From: Spirochaetia bacterium
GTDB lineage: Bacteria > Spirochaetota > Spirochaetia > SP-2023
NCBI GenBank assembly: GCA_965263295.1
Contig: OZ253665.1
Coordinates: forward strand, 1,696,001 to 1,760,000
Direction of reading: 5' to 3'
DNA length: 64,000 nt
Part shown: one piece after another, positions 50,786 through 60,949 of the stretch
Position numbering within the stretch: the stretch's first letter is position 1
Layout: each line of letters begins with the position of its first letter
Position numbers and translations under genes: made by a program
Notes under the pieces: model-generated
Database searches by the model: none
Seen by the model: only the letters and a program-made list of their open reading frames with translations
Told to the model about the DNA's origin: nothing

Positions 50786-51733
50786 CTAAATTTTTTCGCC
50801 GATCATCTGCTTTAGCTTCAGTAGATCCCGATTGAAGAGCCGGATGCCTTCGCCCAGCTTTTCGCTGGCCATGGCGTCTTCATTGTGCAGCCACCGAAAG
50901 TCTTTTTCTTCCAGGTGAATTTTGGCGTCCGCACTCTTCTGTTCCGCGCTCAGTTTGACGGGCAGCTCGCCGTCAAGGGCTTGCAACTCGGACAACAATT
51001 GCGGGGAAATCGTCAGGCGGTCACAACCACAGAGCTCTTCAATCTCGCCGACATTGCGAAACGAAGCGCCCATGACAATGGTTTTGTAGGCGTAAGTCTT
51101 GTAATAGCGATAAATCCGTTGTACCGACACCACGCCTGGATCCTCTTGGGGAGCAAATTCACGGCCTTCTGCCTTTTTGTGCCAGTCCATGATGCGGCCG
51201 ACAAACGGTGAAATCAAGGTCACGCCCGCCTCGGCACAGGCCACGGCCTGGGCAAAAGAAAATAGCAAAGTCAAGTTGCACTGGATAGCTTCCTTTTCCA
51301 AGACGGTCGCGGCTTGAATGCCGGCCCAAGTCGCGGCCATTTTAATCAGGACACGATCGCGTGAATAACCCAGTTCTTCATACCAGGCAATGATCTGACG
51401 GGCTGCGGCTACCGAGGCATCGCGGTCAAAGGATAAAGATGCATCGACTTCCGTCGAAACATAACCCGGCACAATTTTTAGTAGTTCCGCCCCGAAAATA
51501 ACGCCCAGGCGCTGGCAGACCCGGCTAACGAGCTCTGCATTGCCGGCACCCTGCCGCCTTCCCCAGTCGATGGCCGCGTCAAAAAGTTCTTGATACCGCG
51601 GCATGGAAGCGGCACGGAAGATCAACGAGGGATTAGTCGTGCAGTCCTGGGGCTGAAATTCCGTAATGCTGGCGATATCACCAGAGTCGGCAACGACCAC
51701 AGTGTGCTGTTTCAGCTCGTCTAATCGAGACAT
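50786..51733 (-). CDS. tal: Transaldolase (long TalB type)
   Basis: [53 protein letters not shown]. Confidence 0.96.
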   Translation of the reverse strand: MSRLDELKQHTVVVADSGDIASITEFQPQDCTTNPSLIFRAASMPRYQELFDAAIDWGRRQGAGNAELVSRVCQRLGVIFGAELLKIVPGYVSTEVDASLSFDRDASVAAARQIIAWYEELGYSRDRVLIKMAATWAGIQAATVLEKEAIQCNLTLLFSFAQAVACAEAGVTLISPFVGRIMDWHKKAEGREFAPQEDPGVVSVQRIYRYYKTYAYKTIVMGASFRNVGEIEELCGCDRLTISPQLLSELQALDGELPVKLSAEQKSADAKIHLEEKDFRWLHNEDAMASEKLGEGIRLFNRDLLKLKQMIGEKI

Positions 51734-52120
51734 AGGCTCTCCTTGCTTAGCCCCGTCAGCATTTCCAGCTCCTTATCAGAGTGACATTCTCTCTGTTTGT
51801 TTTCGCATTTGTCTTTTCAAAGGCATTTGAAATAGGCGGCTGCAACACAGGGCATTTCCTGATATTCGGTTTTCAAAACCCTAGAAATCATATCGTAATC
51901 AAACGACTTTGCCTATAAAACAGCAGCACTCAATTCAGCAAATCCAGATAATGTGCTAGGCGCTAGATTTGACTCTAAAATTCAATGCCAAATTATTTTT
52001 GGCAAATGGCTATAGATAGCATGACAAAGACTGCGATCTGCGCTAGTATCTTCAGGCTGTTTTGCAACGGCCTATCACTTTGCCATTGAGGCCAGTTTTG
52101 GCAAAGAAAAGAGAGGCGGG

Positions 52121-53176
52121 ATGAGAGAAGAGCGCGAAATCTCACGAAATAACTATGGCAGTGGGGCCTTAGGGACAGCTGGAGAGGGCCAGATTCACGC
52201 GCAAGTCAAGCGCCGCGCCGCTGCCATACTGCGCGTTTCACTGTTCAGCATCTGTGGCAATGGGCTCTTAGCCTTCTTCAAAGTTTCGGTTGGGCTTCTG
52301 GGAAATTCTTTGGCTTTGCTAGGGGATGGCATCGACAGCATTGCCGATACGACTTTTGATATTATCGGTTTGTATACCGCAAGATTATTGATAAAGCCGC
52401 CAGATGCGACTCATCCTTGGGGCTATGGACGGATTGAGGCCATAGCAACGAAGGTATTGTCGATGCTGATGATCTTTGGCTCCCTGCAATTGCTGTTACG
52501 GACGGCCCGCGAGTTGGGGCAAGACTGGGGCTGGCTGGCTGACAGCATCAATACGGCCGTGCTGCCCAGTGTGTTTACCTTGTATATAAGCTTTTTTTCT
52601 TTTCCCATAAAGATCTTACTGGCCTGGTACAAATACCGTGTGGGCAAGCGCATTTGCAGTAAGATGATTGTGGCGGATGCGCGCAACATGCTGAACGACA
52701 GTATTTTGTCCTTGTTGGTGCTGCTCGGCCTGGGCCTGACCTTATGGACTGAGTTGCCGATGCTGGAACATCTATTCGGTCTGGGTGTCGCCTTTTGGAT
52801 TTTGTATGGCGGTCTCAGAATTTTTTTTGAGAGTTCGCACGAATTGATGGATCGCAATGAGGATACCGGGCATTATCATCTGGTCTTTGAATCGGTAGAG
52901 AGTATTCCCGAACTAAGCCACCCACACCGCTTGCGCATCCGTAAGATTAGTAATCTGTACGAAATAATTCTAGATGTCCTGGCCCCAGCCGACTTGCGAC
53001 TGGACGAAGCCCACATACTTGTCGAAAGGGTTGAAGCTGCCATTCGCCAACGTATACCCAACATTTTTGACATCGTTGTGCATTTGGAACCTCAAGACAT
53101 TTCTGCGGATCACGAAAAAGAAGAAGGCTTCGGCATAAGTCCTGAAGCTTTAGAAATTCTTGAGGGCGATAGCTAG
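52121..53176 (+). CDS. Cation diffusion facilitator family transporter
   Basis: S.ALLGDGIDS, PPDATHPWGYGRIE, DA.N..D, C-terminal dimerisation domain VVHLEP. Confidence 0.9.
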   Translation: MREEREISRNNYGSGALGTAGEGQIHAQVKRRAAAILRVSLFSICGNGLLAFFKVSVGLLGNSLALLGDGIDSIADTTFDIIGLYTARLLIKPPDATHPWGYGRIEAIATKVLSMLMIFGSLQLLLRTARELGQDWGWLADSINTAVLPSVFTLYISFFSFPIKILLAWYKYRVGKRICSKMIVADARNMLNDSILSLLVLLGLGLTLWTELPMLEHLFGLGVAFWILYGGLRIFFESSHELMDRNEDTGHYHLVFESVESIPELSHPHRLRIRKISNLYEIILDVLAPADLRLDEAHILVERVEAAIRQRIPNIFDIVVHLEPQDISADHEKEEGFGISPEALEILEGDS

Positions 53177-53272
53177 CATTGGGTTTCCTGGCGCTCTGCA
53201 TCGTGTTCTCCATGTTCATCCATGCTGGCTGGACTGGCGGCATGATGCTCAAAAGCCTGTAAATCGCGAAAT

Positions 53273-54424
53273 ATGAGTCAGGAAATAATGGAGATCATGC
53301 AAGCGGATATTGATATAACGTCAGCTTACGAACAGGACTTTGCAGCCAGGGCAGAGCAATTTGAAGAGAAATTCCGTGCGTATTTGCCGCGAGCTCCACA
53401 GCGCTTTCCGTCGCCGGCGCGGCACTACCGTGCGCGCATTGAATTTGCGCTCCACCGTGTGGAAGACGCACGCTTGTGCTATGTGATGTTTGACAAGCAG
53501 GCGGATGGTGGCAAACGGGTGCGCCGTCTTGAAACTTCTGAGTTACCGCTGCGCTGTATCAGCGAGCGCATGCACCCATTATTACGTTTTTTGGAACGGA
53601 GAGATGTCCTGTCCCGGCGCCTGTTCCAAGTGAACTGGCGCGCTGATCTGGACGGTCAAGTTATGCTCAGCCTACTCTACCGCCGGCAGCTGGAAGGCGA
53701 AAGCGCGGCCTGGCTTGCCGCTGCCGCGCAGCTAGCGGCTCAGCTAGGTTTCTATAGCATCCTGGGGCGGAGCAAATCACAACGGCTACACGTCGGCCCC
53801 GCCCACCTCGACAGCCGGCTGGACTTGCCGGATGGCTTGAGATTGCACATGCGGCAAAGTGATACCTGTTTTTCGCAGCCCAATACTTATGTGAACCAGC
53901 ATATGTTATCTTGGGCGCGCTCCCAGTTCCGCGATCCCAGCTCCGATTTGCTTGAGCTATATTGCGGCATTGGCAATTTCACATGTGCCTTGGGCGGAAA
54001 TTTTCGGCGCGTTCTGGCTACCGAAGTAGTGCGGCAGTCCATTCAGCTTTGCCGCCATAACCTGGCTCAAAACGGCTTGCAAAATGTCGAAATGGCGCGC
54101 CTGTCGGCGGCTGAAACAGCCCAGGCTTTGGCCGGAGAGCGCAAGTTTACACGGCTGCAAGGTCTGGACCTTTCGGGCTATCGCTTGCAATATTTACTCT
54201 TAGACCCGCCGCGTAGTGGCCTCGATGAACCGTGCCGCCGCCTGGCCATGAACTTTGCTAATATTCTGTATATTTCTTGTAATCCCAATGAATTACTTCG
54301 TGATTTAAACTACTGGCGACAGCGGGGCACTCCCTACCGGGTTAGCGCTACAGCCCTTTTTGATCAGTTCCCCTACACAAAGCACCTGGAAGCGGGGCTC
54401 TTGCTGCGACGTGAAACTCGTTGA
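53273..54424 (+). CDS. trmA: tRNA (uridine(54)-C5)-methyltransferase
   Basis: SP..HYR.R.EF, F.QPN, DLLELYCG.GNF, LDPPRSG, YISCNP, FDQFPYT.H.E. Confidence 0.88.
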   Translation: MSQEIMEIMQADIDITSAYEQDFAARAEQFEEKFRAYLPRAPQRFPSPARHYRARIEFALHRVEDARLCYVMFDKQADGGKRVRRLETSELPLRCISERMHPLLRFLERRDVLSRRLFQVNWRADLDGQVMLSLLYRRQLEGESAAWLAAAAQLAAQLGFYSILGRSKSQRLHVGPAHLDSRLDLPDGLRLHMRQSDTCFSQPNTYVNQHMLSWARSQFRDPSSDLLELYCGIGNFTCALGGNFRRVLATEVVRQSIQLCRHNLAQNGLQNVEMARLSAAETAQALAGERKFTRLQGLDLSGYRLQYLLLDPPRSGLDEPCRRLAMNFANILYISCNPNELLRDLNYWRQRGTPYRVSATALFDQFPYTKHLEAGLLLRRETR

Positions 54425-54435
54425 CAGTTTCTTCA

Positions 54436-54464
54436 TTGACACACTTGTCACGTTCCAGTATGTT
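54436..54464 (+). promoter_or_regulatory. Putative sigma70 promoter of the tRNA cluster
   Basis: TTGACA-17 nt-TATGTT upstream of tRNA-His. Confidence 0.6.
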
Positions 54465-54540
54465 TAATTTAGCATTGCTCTGGGGGCCGGTATCGTTGGC
54501 TTCATCAACAGTAAAATCTCAAAGCCCTCAAAGCAAAGAT

Positions 54541-54614
54541 GGTGGATGTAGTTCAGTTGGTAGAACCCCAGATTGTGGTTCTGGTTGTCGCGGGTTCAAG
54601 TCCCGTCATTCACC
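54541..54614 (+). tRNA. tRNA-His(GUG)
   Basis: Cloverleaf GTGGATG/CATTCAC, anticodon loop TT-GTG-GT, GTTCAA T-loop, encoded G-1, no CCA. Confidence 0.95.
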
Positions 54615-54633
54615 TGCTTTTTAGCGTTTAAGT

Positions 54634-54707
<74 letters not shown>

Positions 54708-54738
54708 TTTTTAAAATAAAACGCTTAAATTAAGTAAA

Positions 54739-54811
54739 GGGCCGTTAGCTCAGCTGGTAGAGCAGCAGACTCTTAATCTGCGGGTCCTAGGTTCGAACCC
54801 TAGACGGCTCA
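54739..54811 (+). tRNA. tRNA-Lys(CUU)
   Basis: GGGCCGT/ACGGCTC acceptor, loop CT-CTT-AA, GTTCGAA. Confidence 0.95.
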
Positions 54812-54821
54812 TAACAAGTGC

Positions 54822-54902
54822 GCGAGAGTGGTGGAATTGGTAGACACGCTAGATTTAGGATCTAGTGCCTATGGTGTAAGGGTTCGAGTCCCTTCTCTCG
54901 CA
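54822..54902 (+). tRNA. tRNA-Leu(UAG)
   Basis: GCGAGAG/CTCTCGC acceptor, loop TT-TAG-GA, long variable arm, GTTCGAG. Confidence 0.95.
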
Positions 54903-54957
54903 TTCTGGGAAAAGGGCTTTTCTCTCAGAATGCTTTAATCTTCAGAATTATACGGAA

Positions 54958-55254
54958 ATAAAATCTGCCCTTATTACGGATGAATACAAGGGATATATAC
55001 TTATGACTGGAAATGGTGTTACTCATGTTGTTATTAACCATCAGGTTTCTTATACAAACGGCAATATACATACAAACACAATAGAGGGGTTCTGGGCATT
55101 AATTAAACGTGCATGGTACGGTTCCCATCATCACTACAATAGGGAGAATACACACTTATATATAGCTGAAACGAGTTATGTATATAATAATAGGAAGAAT
55201 GATAATCTGTTTATGAATACGATTAAGAGAATGATAGGGGGATATTATGTTTAA
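54958..55254 (+). pseudogene. IS1595-family DDE transposase, C-terminal fragment only
   Basis: LITDEYKGY...H.VINH...HTNTIEGFW.LIKR..YG.HH..Y..E....N.R; Zn-finger, HTH and first Asp missing; frame begins right after the left IR. Confidence 0.88.
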
Positions 55255-56194
55255 TGAGCTATTTCCTGAAACATATATACAGATAAGAAATGAAAAATGG
55301 AAAGATAATCCTTATATCCCGACATGGGTCAATATTGATAATGTCAAATTAGACCAATTTTACACGAATCCCGATATAGCAACTTACCTATATTCATCTT
55401 TGATGGATATAGTAGAAAAGGACGTAAGAATCAATGTAAATGATTTCCATATTGTAGAGCCCTCTGCTGGAATGTGTGCTTTTTATGATAGGTTTCCTAA
55501 AGATAGAAGGATAGGTATTGATATAGTTCCACATAAGATGGGTATTATTCAGGATGATTTTTTATCATGGAATCCGGGTAAAAAGAAAAAGTATATTACT
55601 GTTGGAAACCCTCCATTTGGTTATAGGGGATGGCTTGCACTCTCATTTCTGAACAAAGCTGCACAATTTTCAGAATATGTAGGATTTATATTGCCTATGT
55701 CTTTTCAGAGTGACGGAAAAGGAAGTCCAAAACATCGAGTAAAAGGAATGAGATTGCTGTACTCCGAGTATTTACCAGATAATACATTCTTATCCGCTAA
55801 TGGAGAGAGCGTCAAAGTAAATGCTCTATGGCAAGTATGGAAGAAGGGCAAAAATGAAAAGCAGGAAAGTAAAACATGTAAAGAATGGATAGACTTATTT
55901 ACTGTAGACATGAGAAAAGAAAGATTATGTGGTCAACGCAGATTAAATGAAGCGGATTGTTTTTTACAAAGGACATTTTATACTGATCCCCCATTACCTG
56001 TTAAAACATTTGATGAAGTGAAATACGTATGTGGATATGGGATAGTCATAAAAAAACAAAAGAGAGAGGTTAAAAGAGCCTTGTACAATATTGATTGGCG
56101 AGATTATAGCAATTTGGCTACACATAATTGTAGACATATTAGTATGTACCATATAGAAAAAGCTATGACGGATATGGGTTATGCAGATGTCTGA
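55247..56194 (+). CDS. SAM-dependent amino (N6-adenine/N4-cytosine) DNA methyltransferase
   Basis: DQFYT (motif X), VEPSAG (motif I), IGIDI, DFL, VGNPPFG (motif IV), FILP; gamma-class order. Confidence 0.85.
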   Translation: MFNELFPETYIQIRNEKWKDNPYIPTWVNIDNVKLDQFYTNPDIATYLYSSLMDIVEKDVRINVNDFHIVEPSAGMCAFYDRFPKDRRIGIDIVPHKMGIIQDDFLSWNPGKKKKYITVGNPPFGYRGWLALSFLNKAAQFSEYVGFILPMSFQSDGKGSPKHRVKGMRLLYSEYLPDNTFLSANGESVKVNALWQVWKKGKNEKQESKTCKEWIDLFTVDMRKERLCGQRRLNEADCFLQRTFYTDPPLPVKTFDEVKYVCGYGIVIKKQKREVKRALYNIDWRDYSNLATHNCRHISMYHIEKAMTDMGYADV

Positions 56195-56734
56195 GCAATA
56201 CAGAGATTTATTTATTGAGGCTCTTTCTAAACATAACAATCATTCAAAATGGGATAATGCTTTATTCGGCCAAATAAAGATAATATCAAATACAAAAGTC
56301 GGTTCTGTTGGGCAGGATTTCATTATATTACTTTGTGATAAATTAAGAATTCCATATGAATTGCCAAAAACAAAAACTGGTCAAAATGCAACGCAAAGTC
56401 CCTGGGACATAAAAATAATGGATATTACTTTTGAACTAAAACAGCAACGGAAGATACTAACAACCATTTCCAATTTAACCATATTAGGTATCATAGAAAA
56501 TATCAAGCATTATTGTGTCTTGGGGTTTCCCCTGATTCTTTATGTTTTGGAGCATGGTCAAAAGCAGATGTTACAACAGGCAAAGCAGGAAACATGGTTA
56601 GCATGGAAAAGAACGCAAATGCGTCCTATAAGCTGACAAAAGATAGGGCAGGGTTGTTTCCTATAGAATCATTTAATGATAGAATTAGGGACTTAATAGA
56701 GGAGGTCTTAAACAATAAGCCCTATTCCGTATAA
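56187..56734 (+). pseudogene. Putative PD-(D/E)xK restriction endonuclease with a single-base frameshift
   Basis: ..SPWDIKI..ITFELK, then adding one A at AAAA 56438-56441 continues TATEDTNNHFQFNHIRYHRKYQALLCLGVSP... to TAA 56734; translationally coupled to the MTase. Confidence 0.7.
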
Positions 56735-56807
56735 TTCCGTTAATCTTTATGCCCTCCCCACTCAAAAAAAGGTGACAAAACCCCAATAGTAAAGGATAAT
56801 ATGTTTC

Positions 56808-58286
56808 GTGGTAGAGCAACATACACTGGAAACTCTGGAAGGAGCCAAGGCGCGCATCACCTTTCAGGTGTCTGGCGAAAACACGGCAGGCGAGTATCAA
56901 AAGATTGTCAAAAAGTATGCAAAGAGCATTGATCTGAAGGGTTTTCGCAAGGGAAAGGTACCCGTAGACTTATTGGAACGCAAGTTTGGCAAGGAATTTC
57001 GCGCGGAGGCCTTCCAGCAAGTGCTGGAGCAATGTACCAAAGAAACACTGCCCAATGTAGAACCCAAGGCTCTCGGTTACAGCCAACCTTTTTTATGTGA
57101 TGCAGAGGGCAATGAATTGCCAAGCTCTGAGGCGGCGGTTCTGATTCAGGGCTTCCAACCCGGCCAGGGTTTGGAATTTGCCCTCGCCTATGAAACGAGC
57201 CCGGAAGTACCTTTAGCCACTCTCGATGGTTTGGATTTTGAGGCGCTGACAGTCGCAATCAGCGATGCCGATGTCGACACTGAGTTGCGGCAATTGCGCG
57301 AGCAAAACGCTGTTATGATTGAGCGCAACAGTGGAGTCGGCAGCGATGGCGATCTACTCTCTATGCAGTTTGCCCTTCTAGGAGAGGGTCAGACTGAAGT
57401 TGCCGAAATTGCCGAAGATGCCAAGTTGCGTACCATAGTCCGCTTGGGAGAAGAAGATGCCCACGGCTTTCAAGACAAAGTCAAGGACATGCAGAAAGGT
57501 GAGACCAAAGTACTGAAGGGACACAGTTTCCCCGACGAGACTCGCGTGGAAGGAGAGCTGCGCGGTAAGAGTGGCGATGTATGGCTTGAAGTCAGCCACA
57601 TCCGCACTCGGGAACTGCCTGAACTAGATGACGATTTTGCCCAGGATATCGACGAAAAATACGAGACCGTTGCCGATTTGCAGGCGGCCACGCGTGAAAA
57701 ACTGCAACATGACGCTGAGCACGTGGCAGAAAGTTACGCTTTGTTGCAGATATACCGACATTGGGCATCTAGCCTGAATTTTGCTATCCCTAGTTCAATG
57801 GTAGCTTATCAGACACAGAGCGTCATGGACAAAATTAAACAGCGCATGGGAGGCAAGGAGCAGGATTTGATGATGTACCTGGCCATGCAGCACGGCGGGG
57901 ATGCGCAAAAGGGCCTTCAAGCTCTGGAGAAAGAGACACTGTTGAGTTTGTTTATTGATCTGGTACGCGATAATTTGCTGGAAAGTAAGAATTGGCAGGC
58001 CAGCGACGAAGAAATAGAAAAGGAACTTGAACAAATGGCTCGCCAGCGCGGAGGCACGGTCAGCGAATTAAAAGAACGTTATAAAGATCAATGGGAGCAG
58101 GTGGAGGAATATTTGGGCCAGCAGGCTCTCTTCGCCAGACTGAACAAACAGATGATTGCTGAAGCTTCAGCGGGAACGACAGCTGTTGAAATGACAGTCA
58201 GCGAGCTAAAGAAAAAACTGAGCGAGCTGGAATCAGTTTGTCAGGACTTAGTTTACCAGAAATTTTCGCCCTTTGCCAAGGTGTGA
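56808..58286 (+). CDS. tig: Trigger factor
   Basis: GFRKGKVP signature, ELPELDDDFA; divergent FKBP domain; GTG start. Confidence 0.9.
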   Translation: MVEQHTLETLEGAKARITFQVSGENTAGEYQKIVKKYAKSIDLKGFRKGKVPVDLLERKFGKEFRAEAFQQVLEQCTKETLPNVEPKALGYSQPFLCDAEGNELPSSEAAVLIQGFQPGQGLEFALAYETSPEVPLATLDGLDFEALTVAISDADVDTELRQLREQNAVMIERNSGVGSDGDLLSMQFALLGEGQTEVAEIAEDAKLRTIVRLGEEDAHGFQDKVKDMQKGETKVLKGHSFPDETRVEGELRGKSGDVWLEVSHIRTRELPELDDDFAQDIDEKYETVADLQAATREKLQHDAEHVAESYALLQIYRHWASSLNFAIPSSMVAYQTQSVMDKIKQRMGGKEQDLMMYLAMQHGGDAQKGLQALEKETLLSLFIDLVRDNLLESKNWQASDEEIEKELEQMARQRGGTVSELKERYKDQWEQVEEYLGQQALFARLNKQMIAEASAGTTAVEMTVSELKKKLSELESVCQDLVYQKFSPFAKV

Positions 58287-58464
58287 CAGAAAGCGGGAGG
58301 CCTGGTTAATATAACGGCGGAGCATGGAAGCACATAGTGTTTACAAAAAGAGCCATTCAAAAGAGGGCTCGTTTTGCCCCTTGTTTCAACCGCCATTCAA
58401 TTGGGCAAAAGCCATAGAATTTTAGAGCTTCGCAACTTCCCCTGCTCTCGTAGACGGCCATTCC

Positions 58465-59565
58465 ATGAGACAATTAGTCGAAACTTACCAATTTGACAAT
58501 TTCACCAGCGCTCTAGTTCTGAGCAGCTTGGACGAAGCCGTCAGTGGCTGCGATTTCATCGTCGCCGACCCGGATGTGGCTGACTTGCTGCCCGCCCCCG
58601 CCAATATGCTTCTCGCCGGGGGCGAAAGACATAAGACACTGGGCGAGCTCGAACAGTTGATCGGGGCCTTTGTTCGCCAGCGCTTGTCGCGCAACAGCAC
58701 CGTTTTAGCTTTTGGCGGCGGTTTACTTTGCGATTTGGCCGGCTTCGCCGCTGCGGTCTACATGCGTGGCTGTGGCTTAATCCTGGTACCAACGACATTA
58801 CTGGCGATGGTCGATGCCGGGCTCGGCGGCAAAACCGCCTGTAACTACCAGAATTATAAAAATATGGTGGGGACATTCTACCCTGCCGGCGAAGTGCGAA
58901 TTGTGCCTGAGGTCCTGGCCAGCCTGCCCCCGCGTCAATTTCAGAGCGGTTTGGCTGAATTATGCAAGCATGCTCTACTCAGTGAATCGCCCCAATTGTG
59001 GCATAAGCTGCAAAAGGCGGGAGGCCAATTGCGAGCACCGATTCTAGAAGCTTCTCCAAGTGAAAGTGCCTTGCGGCTGAGCGAATTGCTAATTGAAGCT
59101 GTGCGGGTCAAAGGCCAAATTGTCCAACGGGATCTTTACGAACGTGGGGAGCGGGCTTTTTTAAATTTAGGGCATACCTACGCCCACGCGTTGGAAACAG
59201 TTACGACTTTTGCCTGTACCCACGGCGAGGCTGTGGCCTGGGGCATAAATCAGGCACTGCAGCTGAGTGCTCACCTTGGTTATTGTCAAGATGACTATGC
59301 CCAAGAGGTACGAAAGTTATTATTGAAACTTGGCTTTCAATTGAATTTGGCCCGCTTGTGCCCGGACTTTTTCTCGGTGCACGCGGGTTGTGACGAAGCA
59401 TCTGCGAGGCAGAAGTTGACCTCTGATTTACTCGCAGCCATGCATTTTGACAAGAAGCGCAGTCGGGACGGCATTCGCCTGGTCTTACAGCGCGGACGAG
59501 GCCAGACCTTAATTGAGGCACTGAGCGCCGAGCAAATTCAGCCTTGCCTGGTCCAGAATCTCTAG
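58465..59565 (+). CDS. aroB: 3-dehydroquinate synthase
   Basis: GE.HKT, GGG..DL.GF.A..YMRG, PTTLLAMVD...GGK, KN.VGTFY, ER..LNLGHT.AHA.E, HGEAVA.G, DKK. Confidence 0.93.
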   Translation: MRQLVETYQFDNFTSALVLSSLDEAVSGCDFIVADPDVADLLPAPANMLLAGGERHKTLGELEQLIGAFVRQRLSRNSTVLAFGGGLLCDLAGFAAAVYMRGCGLILVPTTLLAMVDAGLGGKTACNYQNYKNMVGTFYPAGEVRIVPEVLASLPPRQFQSGLAELCKHALLSESPQLWHKLQKAGGQLRAPILEASPSESALRLSELLIEAVRVKGQIVQRDLYERGERAFLNLGHTYAHALETVTTFACTHGEAVAWGINQALQLSAHLGYCQDDYAQEVRKLLLKLGFQLNLARLCPDFFSVHAGCDEASARQKLTSDLLAAMHFDKKRSRDGIRLVLQRGRGQTLIEALSAEQIQPCLVQNL

Positions 59566-59603
59566 ACAAAGTTCACTCGCTGGGCACTAAAAGGAAAAAC
59601 AGC

Positions 59604-60725
59604 ATGAGTCTCGCGCCTAATGTTTTTAGTACTTGGCCCAAGCGCAGGTCGCACAGCCTGTGGCAACCGTTGCCGCAGTATATTCGTTCTTGTCCGGCGG
59701 CAAATGAATGTGGCCGTCTGATTCCTGCGGCTTCCGAATTACACCGTTTTCTGCGCGAGAACGAATGGCGGCATTTGTACTTAAGTTCAATGTTTGTGCC
59801 CCAGCAACACGCCGCGGCCAAGCGGCAAGAGTTGTTCTGCGCAAAACCGCAAGGAGCCAAGGCCTATGTCTATAGCTCAGGAGCCGGGGGAAGTTCTAGA
59901 GTTGCGGCAATGCTTTTGTGGGCCGAGTACGACCGTCTGTTATTTGACTGTCGCAACTTGTTCCTGGGTCTAAATTCTGACCGCGACAGCTCCCAATGTG
60001 CAGGCGCACTGGAAGAAATATTGCCCGATCAATGCACCAAAGAACTAAAGCGTTTGCTCCAACGCCACCTGACGAGACAATTTATCGGGACTAGCAGCCA
60101 TTATGAGTTTCTACTGCAATACCATGATTTTCAGTTTGAACGGCGTGAATACTGGATGATGGTACGCAAACCGGACGGCCCCAATATGGCCTTGACTGCA
60201 ATTCCAGATCGTCGCACTGCTTCTGCACAACAAAGGTTGCATCGCCGCGCGAGTGCGGCACACAGCGACCTCTGCCTGCCGACAGGTTTGCGCCTGGAGC
60301 GCTTGGGCCCCGACCACTTTGGCCAGCTGTTGCCACTAGAGCAAGCCTACTATGTGGAAGAAAGGCTGCAGGGCGACAATGTTACGCCTGCGATCAAGAA
60401 AGCGCTGGAAAAGTATTGTGCGAGGCGACTGGAAAAGTTCCTGCAGTACGGTATCTTCGCCAGGGATCAACTAGTTGCGCGCGCCATGATTAATGCCTAC
60501 GGCCTTTATTATTGGCAAATCGGAGGCATTTACACCGTGCCGGACTGGCGCAGACAGGGCTTGGCCCACTACCTTTTGCAAAAAATTTGCAGCGCCATAG
60601 AACAGGCAGGGCGCTCGGCTACGCTATTTGTCCGCTTAGAGAACGAGAATGCCTTGGGCCTATACTACAAAAACTCATTTGAGTGCCTAGACATGATGGT
60701 CATTGCTCAGGAATCCATTTATTGA
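59604..60725 (+). CDS. GNAT family N-acetyltransferase (C-terminal GNAT domain)
   Basis: QIGGIYT.PDWRRQGLA, LFVR.EN..AL.LY.K..F; AAGGA RBS before ATG 59604. Confidence 0.8.
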   Translation: MSLAPNVFSTWPKRRSHSLWQPLPQYIRSCPAANECGRLIPAASELHRFLRENEWRHLYLSSMFVPQQHAAAKRQELFCAKPQGAKAYVYSSGAGGSSRVAAMLLWAEYDRLLFDCRNLFLGLNSDRDSSQCAGALEEILPDQCTKELKRLLQRHLTRQFIGTSSHYEFLLQYHDFQFERREYWMMVRKPDGPNMALTAIPDRRTASAQQRLHRRASAAHSDLCLPTGLRLERLGPDHFGQLLPLEQAYYVEERLQGDNVTPAIKKALEKYCARRLEKFLQYGIFARDQLVARAMINAYGLYYWQIGGIYTVPDWRRQGLAHYLLQKICSAIEQAGRSATLFVRLENENALGLYYKNSFECLDMMVIAQESIY

Positions 60726-60949
60726 ACCATTTAGAATGCAGCAGCGGCAACTCTTTGCTTGATTTTATTTGCCTGCCTTGTATCTTTGTGATATCCTCTT
60801 GATATTCTTGGTAGCCTGGCGGGGAATTTACCAGTGACCAAGTTTCCAGTTGCCTAGCGTAACAATTCGCAATAAAAATCTATATTCTTAATTAGATTTT
60901 AGCAGGGAATCATTATTTTACTATCAGCTTCTAGCTGAGGCAGGGCAAT

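Larger units (their letters stand above)
54943..56739 (+). mobile_element. IS1595-family non-autonomous element with passenger genes (1797 bp)
   Basis: Left end CAGAATTATACGGAA, right end TTCCGTATAATTCCG (14/15 inverted match); 8-bp direct repeat TTAATCTT at 54935-54942 and 56740-56747; IS1595 transposase C-terminal fragment inside; visibly AT-rich. Confidence 0.9.

Noticed and set aside
54421..54624. 67-aa ORF
   Set aside because: Overlaps the tRNA promoter and tRNA-His
54822..56747. tRNA-targeted integrative island (attL/attR)
   Set aside because: No duplicated tRNA 3' end and no integrase; boundaries are explained by IS1595 IRs and an 8-bp target duplication
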